Below, one piece after another: positions 1 through 10,107 of a stretch of DNA of 64,000 nucleotides. The notes under the pieces were generated by a model that was not told the DNA's origin, did not search any database, and saw nothing but the letters and a program-made list of their open reading frames with translations. The DNA is taken from positions 47,221-111,220 of the forward strand of contig JBAYWF010000003.1 in the NCBI GenBank assembly GCA_041674205.1, read 5' to 3'. Both the position numbers and the translations under genes were made by a program. Position 1 is the first letter of the stretch. Each line of letters starts with the position of its first letter. The stretch is from Parcubacteria group bacterium. GTDB lineage: Bacteria > Patescibacteriota > Minisyncoccia > Moranbacterales > UBA2206.

Positions 1-43
1 TTTTTTCATATTTTTATTTAAATAATTTTTATCCTAGGAACGA

Positions 44-670
44 TTATTCAGCCGCGCCATCCTTCGCCTCGACTTTCTGTCCGCGCAAAGCTTGGATGTC
101 AGGCCGCACGGTCTTCAACATATAATTGCGGATGTCCGCCGCGTCAGCGCGTACGGTTTTCATCATAGCCCTAGCTTCAACCAATCCGCTCTTGAACTCG
201 CCATCAGACTGTCCACAAACCAGATTTTTCGTATCGCCTATCTTTGCGGCTTGCGCGGCATAGTCATCGGAAAATTTCTGGATTTTTTCCTTCAGCACCG
301 CCAAATCAGACTGGATTTTCGATACGTCATATCCCTTATCCTCCAATTTCGCCATAAATTTTGAAATTCTGTCCACCATATTGCCATAGACCGACATATG
401 CTTCTCTTTCCGATTCCCAATATTGGCGGATCCGTTATCGATCCTTTCCTGGATGCGGGCGCATCGTTGTTCGCGCGTCTCCTCCCGGTTCTGTTGCCTC
501 TCCTCTTTCCGATCTCCGATGGCGGTTTTTTTCTCCGCTCGCACTTCTTCCCTCTTTTCCTGCCTTGCCTGCCGATCCGGATTTTGCGTTACGACTTCCT
601 CCTGGGCGAAAGCCACGCCGGACATCGCCATTGAGGCGGCCACCAGCGAAACTAATAGGCTTCTTTTCAT
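44..670 (-). CDS. hypothetical secreted protein with charged Arg/Glu/Lys-rich region
   Basis: 208-aa ORF; N-terminus MKRSLLVSLVAASMAMSGVAFA resembles a Sec signal peptide; rest is low-complexity charged sequence; no catalytic motif recognised. Confidence 0.5.
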   Translation of the reverse strand: MKRSLLVSLVAASMAMSGVAFAQEEVVTQNPDRQARQEKREEVRAEKKTAIGDRKEERQQNREETREQRCARIQERIDNGSANIGNRKEKHMSVYGNMVDRISKFMAKLEDKGYDVSKIQSDLAVLKEKIQKFSDDYAAQAAKIGDTKNLVCGQSDGEFKSGLVEARAMMKTVRADAADIRNYMLKTVRPDIQALRGQKVEAKDGAAE

Positions 671-808
671 AATTTTGTTTTTTATCCGGCCGGACGACCG
701 CTTCGCGACGCCGACTGGATGATTTGTTTAATGATTATCTTTTTTGCCAGACGCACGCAAGTCCGCCCGGCAAACCCTGCCTATATGATAGCATAATCCC
801 AGCTCGGT

Positions 809-2155
809 TCAAACGCTTTTACCGCGCAGTCCGATCAGCTTTATCGTAAGCCAAATAACCAACACCCCGTCCGCGGCTATTCCTCCCAGCACCATCGCCC
901 AGGCGATGGAAAGGTACCCGAAACCGAAAAGGTAAACAAACAGATATGCCAGCGGGACCGCCACGAAAAATATCCTGACCAGGTTGGCTACCAATCCCGG
1001 AACTCCGGTTCCGATTCCCTGCAACGCCCGGGTAGCCGTCATCATAATCGCCATTAATGGAAAAGTCAGGACATCCACCCGCAGATACCCGCCGCCCAAC
1101 GCCAGCAGATTTTCATCCGCCGTGAAGATACGCAAAAAAATCTCCGGCCAAATGAAAAAAATGATCCCGATCGATGCGGAAAAAGCGGACGATATCCCAA
1201 TCGCGTACCAAACAATGTTCTTCAACAGATCATAGCGCTTAGCGCCGTAAAACATTCCGGTCAAGGTCAGCAGAGCGACGGAAAAACCGACGGGCAGCAG
1301 GATCGCCACGCTCTCCAGGCGCGAAACCAGTCCGAAAGATGCCACGTAGTCAGTGCCGAAATGGGCCATCAGCCTGTTCAAAAAAACCACATACATCGAA
1401 ATGAGCACTATCATAAAAGCCGACGGGACCCCGATGGAAAAGTTTTCCCGGATTATTTCCCAGGAAAAGCGAAAATAGAGCGGATCCAATTTGATATATG
1501 ATTTTTTCTTAAGATAATAGATGGAAACGACGAAGGCGGAAAAGGTGGCGATGAGCGTCGCCAACGCCGCCCCCAAAACTCCCAGATGGAAACCGTAGAT
1601 AAGGATCGGGTCCAAAATGATATTCACCGCCAGACTGAAAATCTGGATTTTCATCGACAACAAAGTATCGCCCTCGGAAGAAAATAGGCTGTCGATGGTG
1701 AAAGCTGGGAACATGAATAATGTCCCAATAAAAATGATCTGCAAATAACTGACTGCCAATTCCAAAACGTCCCCGGACGCTCCGAACAAAACCAGCGTCG
1801 GACGTAGAATAAAAAAACCTGAGGCGGAAACCACCAGAGCGGTGGCGACGGAAATCGCGACCGCGTGCAAGGCGGAATTTTCAGCCTTCACCTTGTCCTC
1901 AGCCCCTAAAAAACGCGCGACCATCGAACCCATTCCGGTGCTTATGCCGGAGTTGATCGCAATCAGGATAAAAAACAGCGGGGAGGCGAATGACAAAGCC
2001 GCGATAGCTTGAGCGCCCAGCCGGCCGACAAACGCGGTATCGGCTACGCTATAGGCCGTCTGGACCGCCATACTGACCAAGACCGGACCAGCCAGCACGA
2101 ACAAAGCCCTCTGGGGGCTGGCGATGAATTCCTTGAGACGGTTATTGTTTTCCAT
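809..2155 (-). CDS. MATE family multidrug/oligosaccharidyl-lipid efflux transporter
   Basis: 12-TM protein; N-terminal block LAGPVLVSMAVQTAYSVADTAFVGRLGAQAIAAL is typical of NorM/DinF MATE transporters; start moved to internal ATG (MENNNRLKE) at 2155. Confidence 0.85.
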   Translation of the reverse strand: MENNNRLKEFIASPQRALFVLAGPVLVSMAVQTAYSVADTAFVGRLGAQAIAALSFASPLFFILIAINSGISTGMGSMVARFLGAEDKVKAENSALHAVAISVATALVVSASGFFILRPTLVLFGASGDVLELAVSYLQIIFIGTLFMFPAFTIDSLFSSEGDTLLSMKIQIFSLAVNIILDPILIYGFHLGVLGAALATLIATFSAFVVSIYYLKKKSYIKLDPLYFRFSWEIIRENFSIGVPSAFMIVLISMYVVFLNRLMAHFGTDYVASFGLVSRLESVAILLPVGFSVALLTLTGMFYGAKRYDLLKNIVWYAIGISSAFSASIGIIFFIWPEIFLRIFTADENLLALGGGYLRVDVLTFPLMAIMMTATRALQGIGTGVPGLVANLVRIFFVAVPLAYLFVYLFGFGYLSIAWAMVLGGIAADGVLVIWLTIKLIGLRGKSV

Positions 2156-2218
2156 AATTGGATCATACCAAACAAAAAAGACCTTGCAAATATCATACAA
2201 AGTCTTTTTCGGAAAATT

Positions 2219-3535
2219 CTATTTTCTTTTTATTTCATCCATAGCTACCGGCATGAATTTTTTCAAAACTTCCGGAATCTTAATCGAACCGTCGGCTTGC
2301 TGGTGATTTTCCAAAATAGCGATAAATATCCGCGGGCTTGGCAAGGCAGTATTGTTCAGCATATAAACAAATTTCTTATTGCCTTCCTTATCGGAATATT
2401 TTACATTCAAACGACGCGCTTGCCAATCCGTAAAAATACTAGCCGACCCGGTTTCGCCATAACGACCGAGTCCCGGCATCCAAGCTTCAAGGTCATATTG
2501 GCGATATTTTCCAGCACCCAAGTCCCCCGTGCAAATTGCCAGTTGCCGATAGGGCAAGCCCAATTCCTCATGCATTTCACGGGAAATCGCTATCATTTCA
2601 TCTTGCAATTTCTCCGCTTCCCCATTGTCAGCTTCGCACAAAATGACTTGTTCCACTTTCATAAATTCATGCACGCGATACATACCCTTGGTGTCTTTGC
2701 CATAACTGCCGATTTCACTGCGATAACATTGCGAATAACCGCACAGCCGCATTGGCAATTGGTCTGCTTGCAAAACCTCGTCGGAATAATAAGCCAGCAA
2801 GGACGGTTCAGCTGTCCCGACCAAAAATTTATTATTCTTGCTGATTTCGCCGGTCACTTCTTTTTCAGAAGAGGCCACTTTATAAATCTCATCGATTTCT
2901 TGGTTATATTCCAAGCCTTTGAAATAGCCGCTGCCAAACAAAGAAAATTCTTTCACCAAAGTTGGTACGATCATCGGAGCATATCCCCTGACCATCATCT
3001 TGTTGATCGCATACATCATAAAACCCATCATCAAAGACACGCCTTCGTTCTTCACATAATAGCCCCGGTAGCCACCAACCTTCGCACCTCTTTCCAAATC
3101 AAGAATGTCCAAATCCTTGCCAAGCTGAATGTGGTCTTTTGGCGTGAAATCAAATTGCGGAACATTATCACTGCGATAGATTTCCACGTTATCATCTTCG
3201 CTTTTTCCGATCGGCGTATCGGAAGAAACGACATTCGGCACCCTAACCATCAAAGTTTCGAATTCATTTTTTATTTTTTTATATTCCGGTTCGACAGCGG
3301 CGATTTTTTCCTTGACTTTCTTGCCCTGTGCGATAACGATTGACTTATCGGCAGCGGATTTAATTTCTTCATTCAGCTTATTTTTTTCGCCGCTCAAACT
3401 TTCAATTTCCTGCAGCAATGCCACTCTTTTTTCGTCCAATACCAATAATGCATCCAGATCCAAATCTATACGCTTCTGAGCGATAACTTTTCTTATCTCT
3501 TCCGCATTTTCCCTGATGAATTTGATGTCCAACAT
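2219..3535 (-). CDS. serS: seryl-tRNA synthetase
   Basis: 438 aa; N-terminal coiled-coil arm MLDIKFIRENAEEIRK... then class II aaRS core; length and motifs match SerS. Confidence 0.95.
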   Translation of the reverse strand: MLDIKFIRENAEEIRKVIAQKRIDLDLDALLVLDEKRVALLQEIESLSGEKNKLNEEIKSAADKSIVIAQGKKVKEKIAAVEPEYKKIKNEFETLMVRVPNVVSSDTPIGKSEDDNVEIYRSDNVPQFDFTPKDHIQLGKDLDILDLERGAKVGGYRGYYVKNEGVSLMMGFMMYAINKMMVRGYAPMIVPTLVKEFSLFGSGYFKGLEYNQEIDEIYKVASSEKEVTGEISKNNKFLVGTAEPSLLAYYSDEVLQADQLPMRLCGYSQCYRSEIGSYGKDTKGMYRVHEFMKVEQVILCEADNGEAEKLQDEMIAISREMHEELGLPYRQLAICTGDLGAGKYRQYDLEAWMPGLGRYGETGSASIFTDWQARRLNVKYSDKEGNKKFVYMLNNTALPSPRIFIAILENHQQADGSIKIPEVLKKFMPVAMDEIKRK

Positions 3536-3605
3536 AAAATAATCCTTAGCTTTGTTATATTGCCTAGTCTATACCAGTTTTTTAAAAAAATCAAAAACAT
3601 CCGGA

Positions 3606-4235
3606 CTATGCACGCTTTTTCATAATGACCTTTCTATAGATGCCATATTTGGAAAAAAATTCCCGCATCAACATCGTGATTGAAAACGATACGCCGATCG
3701 CCAATTCGAAATTGAAAAACATCAAGGCATAGAAGGAAAACGCTCCGGCAAACGCCGCCATAATATACGTCGATTCATGTTTGAAAGCATAAGGCGTGTC
3801 GCCCATCACCGCGTCCCGGATCACACCCCCGCCGAATCCGGTCACCATACCCATAAAAACCGAAACGAGAAAGGCGATGATGCTCCAGGATGGATCAGCC
3901 GGAAAAAGATGCTTATGCGCGATGGAAGTCCCAATGATTACGAAGGTCGCCAAGCCGATAGAATCCAACAGACGGAACCAGGAATAACCTTTTTTGAAAA
4001 CATGCGGAACCGCATAGGTCGCCACCGAACCGAAAAATGCCACCAAGAGATAGTTCGAATCCTCCAGGTAGAAAAGCGGCACCCGGCCGATTGCCAGGTC
4101 GCGGAATGTCCCGCCTCCGACTGCCGTAATGGCGCCCAAAATGACCACACCGAAAATATTTAATTGCCTTCCCCTGGCCTTGAAAGCTCCGCCGATCGCA
4201 AAAGCCAAAGTTCCGAGAAGATCAAGATAATACAT
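3606..4235 (-). CDS. UPF0126/TRIC-like membrane protein (duplicated glycine-transporter domain)
   Basis: 209 aa polytopic membrane protein with two repeats of the G-rich UPF0126 helix (GTLAFAIGGAFKA ... GIGLATFVIIGTSIA). Confidence 0.65.
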   Translation of the reverse strand: MYYLDLLGTLAFAIGGAFKARGRQLNIFGVVILGAITAVGGGTFRDLAIGRVPLFYLEDSNYLLVAFFGSVATYAVPHVFKKGYSWFRLLDSIGLATFVIIGTSIAHKHLFPADPSWSIIAFLVSVFMGMVTGFGGGVIRDAVMGDTPYAFKHESTYIMAAFAGAFSFYALMFFNFELAIGVSFSITMLMREFFSKYGIYRKVIMKKRA

Positions 4236-4788
4236 ACTGGTTGAAAAAATTCACAAAATAAACCGCGGATGCGCCATAAACTATGCCCAGAATCGCGCCC
4301 GCTATCACATCGCCTGGATAATGCATCCCATTATGCAATCTGGCATAAGCCATAATCAAAGCCCAAACGGCGGCAACCGGCCAGACAGCCGGGAAAAAAT
4401 ATACGATAACCGACAGCGGAGCCAAATTGGCCGACATATGGCTTGATGGGAAAGATGAATCGCTGAGCATCCGGCCGATAGGAAAAATCTTGTCCGGATG
4501 GGCTATATAAGGCCGGATTTTATTGAAATATTTACGTAACAAACGCTTGAATATTCCTTCGGTGATAGCGAAATGCAAGCTGGCCGCCACTATCATAGTT
4601 ATCGATATGATTTTTCCGTTTTCCGCGAAGAAAAATACGGCGATCGTAGCCAATGTCCAAAAAACCGCCAGATACAACATCCGACTTACGAAATCCGTCA
4701 CACGGTCGACTGCCGTTCCCCGTCCCCACCGGTTAAAAAATTTTACGATATCCAATCCCATTTGTTTTATATTTTTTATATTAATCAA
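4222..4788 (-). CDS. PAP2 superfamily phosphatase (membrane)
   Basis: PAP2 signature motifs KxxxxxxRP (KIRPYIAHP), PSSH (FPSSHMS) and SRxxxxxHxxxD-like HYPGDVIAGAILG. Confidence 0.75.
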   Translation of the reverse strand: MINIKNIKQMGLDIVKFFNRWGRGTAVDRVTDFVSRMLYLAVFWTLATIAVFFFAENGKIISITMIVAASLHFAITEGIFKRLLRKYFNKIRPYIAHPDKIFPIGRMLSDSSFPSSHMSANLAPLSVIVYFFPAVWPVAAVWALIMAYARLHNGMHYPGDVIAGAILGIVYGASAVYFVNFFNQYVLS

Positions 4789-5770
4789 AAAATTTGATCA
4801 AATACCTTTTTGGTTGCAATTCCCGTTTTATTTCATCCTTCCATCCCGGTTCAATATCGGAAACCCTTTTTATTCCTCCGCCATACCGGCAAAGCGGATC
4901 GATAACCCTGGACTTGCAGTAGACTTCCGCGTCATAATCATCAGGATTGTTTTCATAGCCCTGGCTATTATTCAGATTTTTCCATAAAGAAGCCAGTCTC
5001 GCATCTCCAGCCAAGCGACGGTTTATTTTGCCGATGACTTCATCGTCCGTAGTGTATAAATCATCTTTCGTAACATAGCCCATATCCAAAGCATATCTCA
5101 AATAATCCCCTAGCCGGCGAAACATTACGGCACTCGTTATTCCGGAATAATAATTATCGTTCAGGATATGGAATAGTTGGGCATATCCATACGCCAAATC
5201 AAAATCCTTAATTATCCACTTCCCGTCCTGGACGATAAAGTTTTCCAAAATATTCCCAATTTTCCCCATATCCGCCACTTTATACGCCAGCAATCCCCGC
5301 AGGGAATAATCGATCCTATCGGCGCACAAATCAGGCAATTGGTTTTCCAAAAGCGGGAAATTTTTTTCATCCATAATATATCCCGCATCAAATCCGTATT
5401 TCTCCAAAATCTTAGGTATGCTTGAGTTTAGGACATATTCCGTGAAATAGTTGTCCTGGTGGTTTTGTTCTTTTTCCGAGCCTTCGGACAGGGCGTAATC
5501 TACCGCGTGGGAAAAAGCCGAATGGGACACATCATGGATCAATCCGGAGACCTGCTCCTCGATCGGCGCGCCGAATTTCCGCAATAACAGATATACTCCC
5601 ACTGAATGCTCAAACCGCGTATGTTTGCTGCCCGGGTGGTACGGTTCGAAGTAACCGGCCAAGCTGATTTCCTTCAGTCTTTGCAATTCGTAACTGTTTA
5701 TCAGCTCTAAAATCACCGGCTCATCGATCAGCGCTTGTCCGTAAATTTTATCTTGATAGACCATAACCAT
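4781..5770 (-). CDS. HD-domain phosphohydrolase (dNTP triphosphohydrolase-like, COG1078-type)
   Basis: HTRFEHSVGVYLL ... LIHDVSHSAFSH matches the H..H...HD metal-binding pattern of dGTPase/SAMHD1-like HD hydrolases. Confidence 0.7.
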   Translation of the reverse strand: MVMVYQDKIYGQALIDEPVILELINSYELQRLKEISLAGYFEPYHPGSKHTRFEHSVGVYLLLRKFGAPIEEQVSGLIHDVSHSAFSHAVDYALSEGSEKEQNHQDNYFTEYVLNSSIPKILEKYGFDAGYIMDEKNFPLLENQLPDLCADRIDYSLRGLLAYKVADMGKIGNILENFIVQDGKWIIKDFDLAYGYAQLFHILNDNYYSGITSAVMFRRLGDYLRYALDMGYVTKDDLYTTDDEVIGKINRRLAGDARLASLWKNLNNSQGYENNPDDYDAEVYCKSRVIDPLCRYGGGIKRVSDIEPGWKDEIKRELQPKRYLIKFFD

Positions 5771-5788
5771 TTTTTTACTTGTTGCTTG

Positions 5789-6460
5789 TTATATTATTCC
5801 TTTTATTTCCTGATTGAATCTCTTGAAAAAACCATGCATAAATTCCTGTCTTCCCTTAGCGATTTTTTTGCCTTCCTTGGTCAGGATTTTTTTATAAATA
5901 AATCTTAGTTTCTTATAATATTCCAAAAGCGACGAATCTTCCCTGGTATATGAATAGTCCTTGCCATCATCAGCTAATCTTTTTTCGTTTCCCGTATACA
6001 AATTGTTCGAACCGGCACTGCCAGCAAACAAGAAAGCGCGCGCAGCCCCGATCGCGCCGATTGAATCGATCTTATCCGCATCAAAAATAACTTTGGCTTC
6101 TAACGTTGTTGGTATATGGCTATTGCGGGAGCGATGCGCCTGGATGCAATGAAAAATATTTTCAATTTGATCCTGACTTAATTTATATTTTTTCAAAATA
6201 TCCTTCGAGATTTCCGCGCCTTTCTCCGCATGGCAAATCTTGCCTTTGTTGGCCATTTCTTCTTTGCGACCGATATCATGCAAAAGCGCGGCCGCTTCGA
6301 CGATGAACAAATCAGCTTTCTCTTTTTTACCGATATGCAACGCCAATGCCCGCACCCGCTCCACGTGCGTCCAATCATGGCAGCCGCTCGCTCCGACAAA
6401 ATATTTTTTGGCTTCGGTTTCGATTTTAGAAATCAATTCTTTTTTTTGAATCTTATCCAT
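5789..6460 (-). CDS. HD-domain metal-dependent phosphohydrolase
   Basis: HDWTHVERV ... LLHDIGR HD motif; 223 aa. Confidence 0.75.
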   Translation of the reverse strand: MDKIQKKELISKIETEAKKYFVGASGCHDWTHVERVRALALHIGKKEKADLFIVEAAALLHDIGRKEEMANKGKICHAEKGAEISKDILKKYKLSQDQIENIFHCIQAHRSRNSHIPTTLEAKVIFDADKIDSIGAIGAARAFLFAGSAGSNNLYTGNEKRLADDGKDYSYTREDSSLLEYYKKLRFIYKKILTKEGKKIAKGRQEFMHGFFKRFNQEIKGII

Positions 6461-6465
6461 ATAAT

Positions 6466-6828
6466 TTATTTTTTCACTTTTTTGGCCATCCGGCAGCCCC
6501 TCGCAAACTCCGCTTTCTCCATATTGAAAACTTCCAGCACTTTATATTTTCCTCTGGTCCACACTTCACCGTCTTGCATAAAATGCGTAACTTCCACCAA
6601 TTCCACGTTGGCCACCGGCTGGGAAAAAGATCCGCCCTTGTCCACAGTCTTGATCAAAGACACTTCGCCTTCAAACCAATAGATGCGTTGTTCTTTTTTG
6701 AGAAAATCATAAATTTTGCCGGCTTTCAATTTTTCCGGCACGCATTCCTCGCCTTTCCTTCTGCCTTTTTTGAACTCCGCGATATCGCGCAGCGCCAGAT
6801 CCGGATTGAATTCCACCTTGACACCCAT
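6466..6828 (-). CDS. hypothetical protein (possible small beta-barrel PUA/ASCH-like fold)
   Basis: 120-aa ORF in operon context between HD and PAP2 genes; no confident motif. Confidence 0.4.
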   Translation of the reverse strand: MGVKVEFNPDLALRDIAEFKKGRRKGEECVPEKLKAGKIYDFLKKEQRIYWFEGEVSLIKTVDKGGSFSQPVANVELVEVTHFMQDGEVWTRGKYKVLEVFNMEKAEFARGCRMAKKVKK

Positions 6829-6846
6829 AAAAAATTATTTGAATAT

Positions 6847-7395
6847 TTATTCTGATTCCCTGTCTTTAATATATCGCCTAACCAGATAAACCGCAACTTG
6901 CACGTAAATCAGGCCGAGCAACGCCCCGCCCAGGACATCCGACGGATAGTGCATACCGTTATGCATCCGGGAAAGTCCAGTCAGGACGGCGAACACGGCC
7001 ACGGCCTTCCAATATCTCCGGCAGAAATAGGCCAGCACGCCCAAAGTCGAAACTACGCTGGACATATGGTTGGATGGGAAAGAAGTGCTGACGCTCCGCG
7101 TTCCCAAAGGGGAAATTTCCTGGGGATACGCGATATATGGCCTCTCCCTCACTCCCAAATATTCGGGCACGACGACTTTTAAAAAACCTTCGCTGACGGA
7201 ATAATGCAAAGCCACGGAGACAAGAAGAGCTAAGATGAATTTGCGGAAATTGATTCTGTCCCCGGACAGACTGAACGATCCGGCCGCCAGGAACAGCGCG
7301 ATGAAAAGACCGTTATAACTGACGATGACCGAAAGCTGGTCGGCGACCGTCCCCCGCCCCAAATGGTTGAAAAATTCCGCGATTGCAAAATCCAT
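6847..7395 (-). CDS. PAP2 superfamily phosphatase (second paralog)
   Basis: KxxxxxxRP (RERPYIAYP), PSNH (FPSNHMSS), HYPSDVLGGALLG motifs. Confidence 0.75.
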   Translation of the reverse strand: MDFAIAEFFNHLGRGTVADQLSVIVSYNGLFIALFLAAGSFSLSGDRINFRKFILALLVSVALHYSVSEGFLKVVVPEYLGVRERPYIAYPQEISPLGTRSVSTSFPSNHMSSVVSTLGVLAYFCRRYWKAVAVFAVLTGLSRMHNGMHYPSDVLGGALLGLIYVQVAVYLVRRYIKDRESE

Positions 7396-7420
7396 CGATA
7401 AATAAACTATGGAGAAAAAA

Positions 7421-8020
7421 TTAAGATTTCAAATATTTTTCAATAAATTTTTTTATGCCGTTCGTCCGATGGCTTATCAGATCCAACTCCTCGTTGCTAA
7501 GCTCGGCGTAATTTTTGCCAAATCTTGTCACGTGCAATACCGGATCATAACCGAAGCCGTTATCGCCTTTCATCCCATCCACGCCATCCACGATAAAACC
7601 TTCGGTTGCGGTTTCCAAGAACCATTCTTCTTCGCTTTGCGGATCATAGGTCGCCACTACTCCGATATATCGGGCGCTGCGCTGATCCTTGGGAATACCC
7701 TTTAATCTCTCAAGCAACTTCAAGCATCTCTCATGATCGGTGCCCGCATGCCAACGCTTGGCATGGATGCCGGGCTCGCCACCCAGCGCGTCCACGAAAA
7801 GCCCCGTGTCATCCGCTATAGCCAATATCCCGGACATTTCCGCATATTCCCTGGCTTTCTTTTGGGCATTATGCAACAAATTATCACCGTCTTCCTCCAC
7901 ATCGAAATCGATGCCCACGTCGGACAAAGCCAAAACCTCGGCATCCACGCCTGATTCCCGAAAGACCCTTTTGTACTGCGCCAATTTATTCCGATTGTTC
8001 GTCCCAATTAAAATTTTCAT
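7421..8020 (-). CDS. rdgB: non-canonical purine NTP pyrophosphatase (ITPase, RdgB/HAM1 family)
   Basis: MKILIGTNNRNKLAQYK ... ADDTGLFVDALGGEPGIHAKRW is the Ham1/RdgB signature. Confidence 0.9.
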   Translation of the reverse strand: MKILIGTNNRNKLAQYKRVFRESGVDAEVLALSDVGIDFDVEEDGDNLLHNAQKKAREYAEMSGILAIADDTGLFVDALGGEPGIHAKRWHAGTDHERCLKLLERLKGIPKDQRSARYIGVVATYDPQSEEEWFLETATEGFIVDGVDGMKGDNGFGYDPVLHVTRFGKNYAELSNEELDLISHRTNGIKKFIEKYLKS

Positions 8021-8044
8021 ATTTTATCCATATCTCCGCGTTTT

Positions 8045-8512
8045 TTAAATCCACCCTAATTCTTGATACATTTCCTGGCTTGGAGGCGTAAGCGGAATAT
8101 TTTTCAAATCATTCTTCCTGACCCATTTCGCCTCCGCCAGATCATCGCCTGGCCGGAGCTCTCCATCCGCATAATCACATAAATATTCCAAAAAATAAAA
8201 ATGGATCATTTCTCCCTGTTTGCCGATAGCTTCACCTTGTCTTGGCTCGGAACGATATTCCGGAACGATATTCCGTATATTTTCAATTTCAATTCCTAAT
8301 TCTTCCTTTATTTCCCTTCTTAACTCATTTTTAAAATAAATATTTTCCAAATCACCTTTCGCATATAGCTCCTGCGCCAACTCAAAATCATTTGCGCCGC
8401 CGCCCGGAGTGTGCCAAACATCAGGATAAGGAGCGGCGCCCTTAGCCTTTTTACCCAGGATTATTTCATCCCCTTTCCGGACTATGCCGCAAACGATATA
8501 TCGATAATCCAT
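8045..8512 (-). CDS. Nudix hydrolase
   Basis: Nudix box GGGANDFELAQELYAKGDLENIYFKNELRREIKEELGIE (Gx5Ex7REUxEExGU). Confidence 0.85.
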   Translation of the reverse strand: MDYRYIVCGIVRKGDEIILGKKAKGAAPYPDVWHTPGGGANDFELAQELYAKGDLENIYFKNELRREIKEELGIEIENIRNIVPEYRSEPRQGEAIGKQGEMIHFYFLEYLCDYADGELRPGDDLAEAKWVRKNDLKNIPLTPPSQEMYQELGWI

Positions 8513-8516
8513 AGGG

Positions 8517-9965
8517 TTATTTTTCCTTCATCGCCGGGAAAATGACGGTTTCACGGATCGATTTATCCATCAGGAAAGAAAAGACCCGTTCGCTCATACC
8601 GAAACCGAAAGCCGGCGGCATGCCGATTTCCAAAGCTTCGACGAAATCGTCATCGATCATTTGCGCTTCAACATCTCCGGCTTCGCGCATTTCCATTTGC
8701 TGTTCGAATCTTCGCTTCTGATCGATTGGGTCATTAAGTTCCCCGAAAGCATTGCACAACTCGCTCTTGCCAGCCACTATTTGAAAACGCAAAACTTTCA
8801 TCGGATTTGCCGGATCGGTCTTGGCCAAAGGCGAAATCTCCAAAGGATGGCCTACCAAAAAACAAGGCTGGACCAATTTTTGCCTGACGGTTTTTTTGTA
8901 AAGCGTGTCAATCATACGCCCCTTGCCATAGCCCGGTTCGTATTTTATGCCCAATTCGTCCGCTTTCGCCCTCAATCCCTCCAAAGATACGTTTTGGCTC
9001 AAATTGATGCCTGTTTCTTTTTCAAATTCAGTAAAATAATCCACGATTGGAAAATCTTTTGACCAATCGACTTCCGCCCCTTCGTATTTATGGACATAAC
9101 CGCCCAAAACGTTGAAGGCGATTTCTTTGTATAATTTTTGCGCGAATTCCATTCCCTTGGACATATCGGAATAGGCCCAATAAAATTCCATATGGTCGAA
9201 TTCCTGCAGATGATCGCGGTCCATACCCTCATTGCGGAAAACGCGCCCGATTTCGAAGACCCGTTCATATCCGCCCACCAGAAGCCTTTTGAGCGGAAGC
9301 TCCAGCGAAATACGCAAATAAAAATCCTGATCCAAGGCATTGTGATGCGTCACGAACGGTTCAGCGTCAGCTCCGCCCGGAGTATGTTCGAACACTGAAG
9401 TTTGCACCTCCAAAAATCCTTCATCCACTAAATTTTTCCTGATAGTCTGCCAGAAAACGTTTTTCTTGCGGAACAGCTCCCGCGTTTCCGGATTGGCCAG
9501 CAGATCCAAATACCTTTTGCGCAACAGTTCTTCCTCATCCTTGATGCCGAAATGCTCGGTCGGAATCGGCCGCATATTTTTCGACAGCATCGTCCAGTCG
9601 TGGACCTCCAAAGTTTTCTCTTCCTGTTTGGTTTTGAAAAGCTTTCCGGTCACCTGCACGAAATCCCCCAGCTCGACGTTTTTGGCGAATAATTTATATT
9701 TCGCCTCATCGATATTGTTCTTATTCAAAAACAATTGGATCTTGCCTGAACCGTCTTCGATATGGGCGAAAGTCGAGCCGCCCATCGGCCGGAACGACCG
9801 CACGCGCCCCACCAAGGTCAGTTCTTTTTCCCCCAATCCGTCGAATTTATCCAGAGCCTCGGCATTGGCCATATCGCGCCGGGTTTTTTCCGGATAGGCT
9901 TCCATTCCGAACGCCCGAATATTGTTTAATTTGTCCAATTTTGTCTGCAGGATATCTTCCCTCAT
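8517..9965 (-). CDS. lysS: lysyl-tRNA synthetase (class II)
   Basis: 482 aa; N-terminal OB anticodon-binding domain then class II core with FEIGRVFRNEG motif 2. Confidence 0.95.
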   Translation of the reverse strand: MREDILQTKLDKLNNIRAFGMEAYPEKTRRDMANAEALDKFDGLGEKELTLVGRVRSFRPMGGSTFAHIEDGSGKIQLFLNKNNIDEAKYKLFAKNVELGDFVQVTGKLFKTKQEEKTLEVHDWTMLSKNMRPIPTEHFGIKDEEELLRKRYLDLLANPETRELFRKKNVFWQTIRKNLVDEGFLEVQTSVFEHTPGGADAEPFVTHHNALDQDFYLRISLELPLKRLLVGGYERVFEIGRVFRNEGMDRDHLQEFDHMEFYWAYSDMSKGMEFAQKLYKEIAFNVLGGYVHKYEGAEVDWSKDFPIVDYFTEFEKETGINLSQNVSLEGLRAKADELGIKYEPGYGKGRMIDTLYKKTVRQKLVQPCFLVGHPLEISPLAKTDPANPMKVLRFQIVAGKSELCNAFGELNDPIDQKRRFEQQMEMREAGDVEAQMIDDDFVEALEIGMPPAFGFGMSERVFSFLMDKSIRETVIFPAMKEK

Positions 9966-10107
9966 CGTAGTGTTTCACAATTAGTATTTAGCACCCGTCA
10001 TTGATTGAATTCTACCGTAAAGAGCGGATAAAATCAAATATGGCGTAAACAAAACCGGGCCTGGACATCGCCCTGGACCCGGTTTACGATTTCAAAAAAT
10101 AATCCGG

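Noticed and set aside
2009-3343. Long plus-strand ORFs antisense to serS (2009-3343), lepA (28631-29929), the DUF4012-like gene (43103-44029), the histidine kinase (49070-50362) and the PurD-like gene (60888-62087)
   Set aside because: These are shadow ORFs on the opposite strand of well-supported genes. They have low-complexity His/Arg/Phe-rich translations with no motifs.
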